Assembly: GCA_963764165.1 (NCBI GenBank)
Contig: CAVXRD010000002.1
Location: 96,001 to 160,000, forward strand
DNA length: 64,000 nucleotides
Direction: 5' to 3'
Source: an uncultured Verrucomicrobiae bacterium
GTDB taxonomy: Bacteria > Verrucomicrobiota > Verrucomicrobiia > Limisphaerales > Palsa-1400
Part shown: piece after piece, positions 59,311 through 64,000 of the stretch
Layout: each line of letters begins with the position of its first letter
Numbering within the stretch: the first letter of the stretch is position 1
Translations under genes and position numbers: made by a program
The notes under the pieces: model-generated
What the model saw: the letters and a program-made list of their open reading frames with translations, nothing else
Database searches by the model: none
What the model was told of the DNA's origin: nothing

Positions 59311-60854
59311 ACGGAAAGTAGGGTTTCACCCCCCATTGACTCTTCTCCTTTGCAGGCGAACGATGCTATTGGCCGGGCTGGTTCCCCAATATGGCTACCG
59401 GGCAACATTCATATGAACGAAACACAGGCACACAAAAGCTTCTGGTACGATCTGGCCAACGGGCTATCTGCCATTTTTGGGAAATGTCTGGAAAGCATTT
59501 TTGGCCCAGCAGTGACTCAGCCCGCTTTTGGCAAATTGACGTGGGAGGATATTGCCACTGTCGTGGCGATCATCCTTCTGCTCCTTCTGGCGCATGGCAT
59601 CGCCGCGCTGTATCTCCGCAAGAAGATGAAGGCGGCGGCCAGTTCGGAAACGAAGGAATTGCCATGGCATCAATTTGCCTTTGTGCTGGCAAAGCCGCTC
59701 TACGCTTTCATTTGGGTGGGCGGAATCTATCTGGCCGTGGCGATCATCTTTCGCAGAGTTTTCCCGCCTTCCAATGCCGAGGCTTCCCTCCGCGTTCTTG
59801 GCACGATTATAGACATTGGCGTGTTCCTCATTTCCTTCTGGCTATTCATTCGTTTGACAAGATTGCTTGAGGCGCGCCTCACAGCCTGGTCCGTCAAGCG
59901 CGGGAGCAAAATCGATCAATTGTTCGTCCCGCTGCTTGGGAAATGCCTGCGCGTCATCGTGCCGGTTGTCGCGGTGATTCTGGCCTTGCCGGTGATTGGT
60001 TTGCCCGCGGAATATGCGGGTTTTGTCACCAAGGGAACGAGCATTCTGCTCATTGTGGCGGTGGCGGTGATTTTGTTTCAGGCCATCGGGCTGGGAGAGA
60101 ATGTCGTCCTGCTGAAATTCGACATCACCACGGCGGACAATCTGCAAGCCCGCAAAATTCGGACCCAGGTGCAGGTCATGTCGAAGACGGCTTATTTCCT
60201 CATTGGACTTTTCACCATAGCGTCGATTTTGATGCTGTTCCAGGAAGTGCGCCATCTCGGCACCAGCTTGCTGGCCTCGGCGGGCGTGGTCGGAATCATT
60301 GTCGGTTTCGCTGCGCAGAAGACCATTGCCAATTTGTTCGCCGGTTTTCAAATCGCCCTTGCGCAACCCATCCGTCTTGATGACGTCGTTATCGTCGAAG
60401 GCGAATGGGGGCGCATTGAAGAAATTACTCTGACCTATGTGGTCATTCACATCTGGGATGACCGCCGATTGGTCGTGCCGCTGAGCGATTTTATCGAGAA
60501 GCCGTTTCAAAACTGGACGCGCACCTCAGCGGAATTGCTCGGCTCGGTGCTGTTGTGGGTCGATTACTCTCTGCCCGTTGCGGAAACCCGCGAAGCAACG
60601 CGCAAAATAGTGGAAAGTTGCGCCTTATGGGACAAACGTTTCTGGAATCTGCAAGTTTCCGACGCCACCGAGCACACGATGCAAATCCGCGTGCTCTGCA
60701 CCGCGGCGGATGCGTCCAAGGCGTGGGATTTGCGCTGCGAGGTGCGCGAGAAGCTCATCTCCTACATTCAAGATCATCACCCAAAGAGCCTGCCTCGCGT
60801 GCGCGCGGATTGGCAGCCGCCTGCTTCAACGAACGCCGGCAATCTGCCGCGCAC

Positions 60855-62411
<1,557 letters not shown>

Positions 62412-63800
62412 TTACAGCAAAAGTCGAGAGGCCACGGCATCCATGATTTCCACGGCGGATTCTAGCGCGTCGTCCTTGAGGTCGAGTGTCGGGCGCAAAC
62501 GGATCGAGCGTTCGCCGCACCGGAGCACGAACAAGCCGAGTTCATAGGCAGCGCTCCAGAACTTGTCGCGCGCCGCGCGATCGGGCAAATCAAACGCCAG
62601 CAGCAAACCCCGCCCGCGCACGGCGGTCATGGCGGGATGCTTCTTGGCGATTTGGCGAAGTTCCTCCACTAGACGCGCGCCTTGGATGCGCGCGTTTTCG
62701 ACGAGATTTTCCTCTTCGATAATCCGCAGAAAATGTGTCGAACGCACGAAGTCGCAAAAATTCGCGCCCCAGGTTGAATTGATGCGGCTGGGCAAACGAA
62801 AGACGTTGTCTTTCACCTCGTCCAACCGCGGTCCGGCCATGACGCCACAGACCTGCGCTTTTTTGCCGAAGACGAGCAAATCTGGCAGGACATCGAAATG
62901 CTGGCAGCACCAATTTTTCCCGGTGACACCCATGCCCGCCTGCACTTCGTCAAATATCAAAAGCATTTCGCTCTCATCGCAAATGCGCCGCAATGCGCGA
63001 AGCCACTCGCCACGAAAATGATTGTCGCCGCCTTCGCCTTGCACGGTTTCAATGATGATCGCGGCGATGTCCGTTCCACGCTCGGCGATGAATTTGCGAA
63101 TTTCCGATTCCGATTGCGCCTCCTTCGCCGCGACATTTTTTAAACGCTCATCTTCGGGAAGAGAGAAATCGAGGAACGGGGTGCTCACGCGCGGCCACGG
63201 AAATTTGGCGAACAAATCCGTCTTTCGCGGATCGGTATTCGTCAGACTCATCGTGTAGCCGCTGCGTCCGTGAAATGCTTTTTGAAAATGGAGAATTTCC
63301 GTGCCTCGCTCGCCGAGTCCGGCGGCGATGTTCTTGCGGACTTTCCAATCCATGGCCGCTTTGAGCGCGTTCTCAACCGCCAGAGATCCGCCGTCGATAA
63401 AAAAGTATCTCTCCAGCGGCGCGACTCCCATAACGCGAGCGAAAGTTTCAACGAACTCGGCGTAGGGGACGGAGTAAACGTCCGAATTGGCGATTTTCAA
63501 TTTCGCCGCCGCCAGCAAATCCGCCTGAACTGCAGGAGAGTCGAAATGCGGATGATTGAATCCAATCGGCATCGACGCGTAGAAGGAATAGAAGTCGATG
63601 AATTTTTTCCCTGTGACCGCATCGACGAGCGTGGAGCCCTTGCTCTTCTCCAAATCAATCACCAGTTTGAATCCATCGACGAGCAGATGTTTTTCCAATT
63701 CGGAAACAACCTGTTTCGGAGCGAGACTATGAGGCGTGAAAATAGCGCCCCGGGATTTTTTCCGGGGAGACGACGTTCTGACTGGCTGGACAGTGTGCAT
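62412..63800 (-). CDS. lat: L-lysine 6-transaminase (class III aminotransferase)
   Basis: LAVENALKAAMDWK, FHGRSGYTMSLTNT, QGEGGDNH, DEVQ, FGKK, SRINSTWG. Confidence 0.9.
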   Translation of the reverse strand: MHTVQPVRTSSPRKKSRGAIFTPHSLAPKQVVSELEKHLLVDGFKLVIDLEKSKGSTLVDAVTGKKFIDFYSFYASMPIGFNHPHFDSPAVQADLLAAAKLKIANSDVYSVPYAEFVETFARVMGVAPLERYFFIDGGSLAVENALKAAMDWKVRKNIAAGLGERGTEILHFQKAFHGRSGYTMSLTNTDPRKTDLFAKFPWPRVSTPFLDFSLPEDERLKNVAAKEAQSESEIRKFIAERGTDIAAIIIETVQGEGGDNHFRGEWLRALRRICDESEMLLIFDEVQAGMGVTGKNWCCQHFDVLPDLLVFGKKAQVCGVMAGPRLDEVKDNVFRLPSRINSTWGANFCDFVRSTHFLRIIEEENLVENARIQGARLVEELRQIAKKHPAMTAVRGRGLLLAFDLPDRAARDKFWSAAYELGLFVLRCGERSIRLRPTLDLKDDALESAVEIMDAVASRLLL

Positions 63801-64000
63801 GGCAAACAATAATACAGCGTAACTTAAAACGCTGGAACCACAGGCGCAAGGGAATTACTGGCTGAAGATGGATAAATTTTTGGCCACAGATGGACACAGA
63901 TCAACACAGATTATCGGATAGTAATTTATTTGACACATTACTCCCATTTCATCCCATGTGCCAATTAGGAAGGAAACAGCCCTGGCTGTTTACCGCCGCC

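Overview
Bacterial chromosome window, most consistent with a Verrucomicrobia/PVC-group organism (inferred from protein styles and repeat families, not proven). Left to right it contains: (1) the right end of a probable integrative mobilisable element (MEDS protein, PAS histidine kinase and receiver cargo, MobF relaxase, companion ORF, tyrosine integrase) abutting the 5' side of a tRNA-Lys(CTT); (2) a secreted-protein gene split by an IS5-family element; (3) a sulfate assimilation/uptake cluster (cysD, cysNC, Rrf2 regulator, sbp-cysTWA); (4) GH32, threonine aldolase, VOC and GH35 genes; (5) a putative sigma54-driven porin-urtABCDE-urease operon whose urease and maturation proteins look plant/fungal-type; (6) a prepilin-like gene, sensor kinase and regulator bracketed by a 52-bp imperfect inverted repeat; (7) a scar of fused gene remnants; (8) a 2456-aa glycine-rich repeat exoprotein; (9) cls, an FtsX-type permease, mscS and the lat-pcd lysine catabolism pair. 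Several REP/REPIN-like repeat families occur. No CRISPR array or rRNA was seen. Strongest leads: the inverted 52-bp sites with an orphan promoter-boxA, the eukaryote-like urease one in-frame TGA from a single chain, CysK-docking-like tails on three sulfur proteins, and the element sitting upstream of a tRNA. All calls come from reading motifs by eye; no database searches were run.
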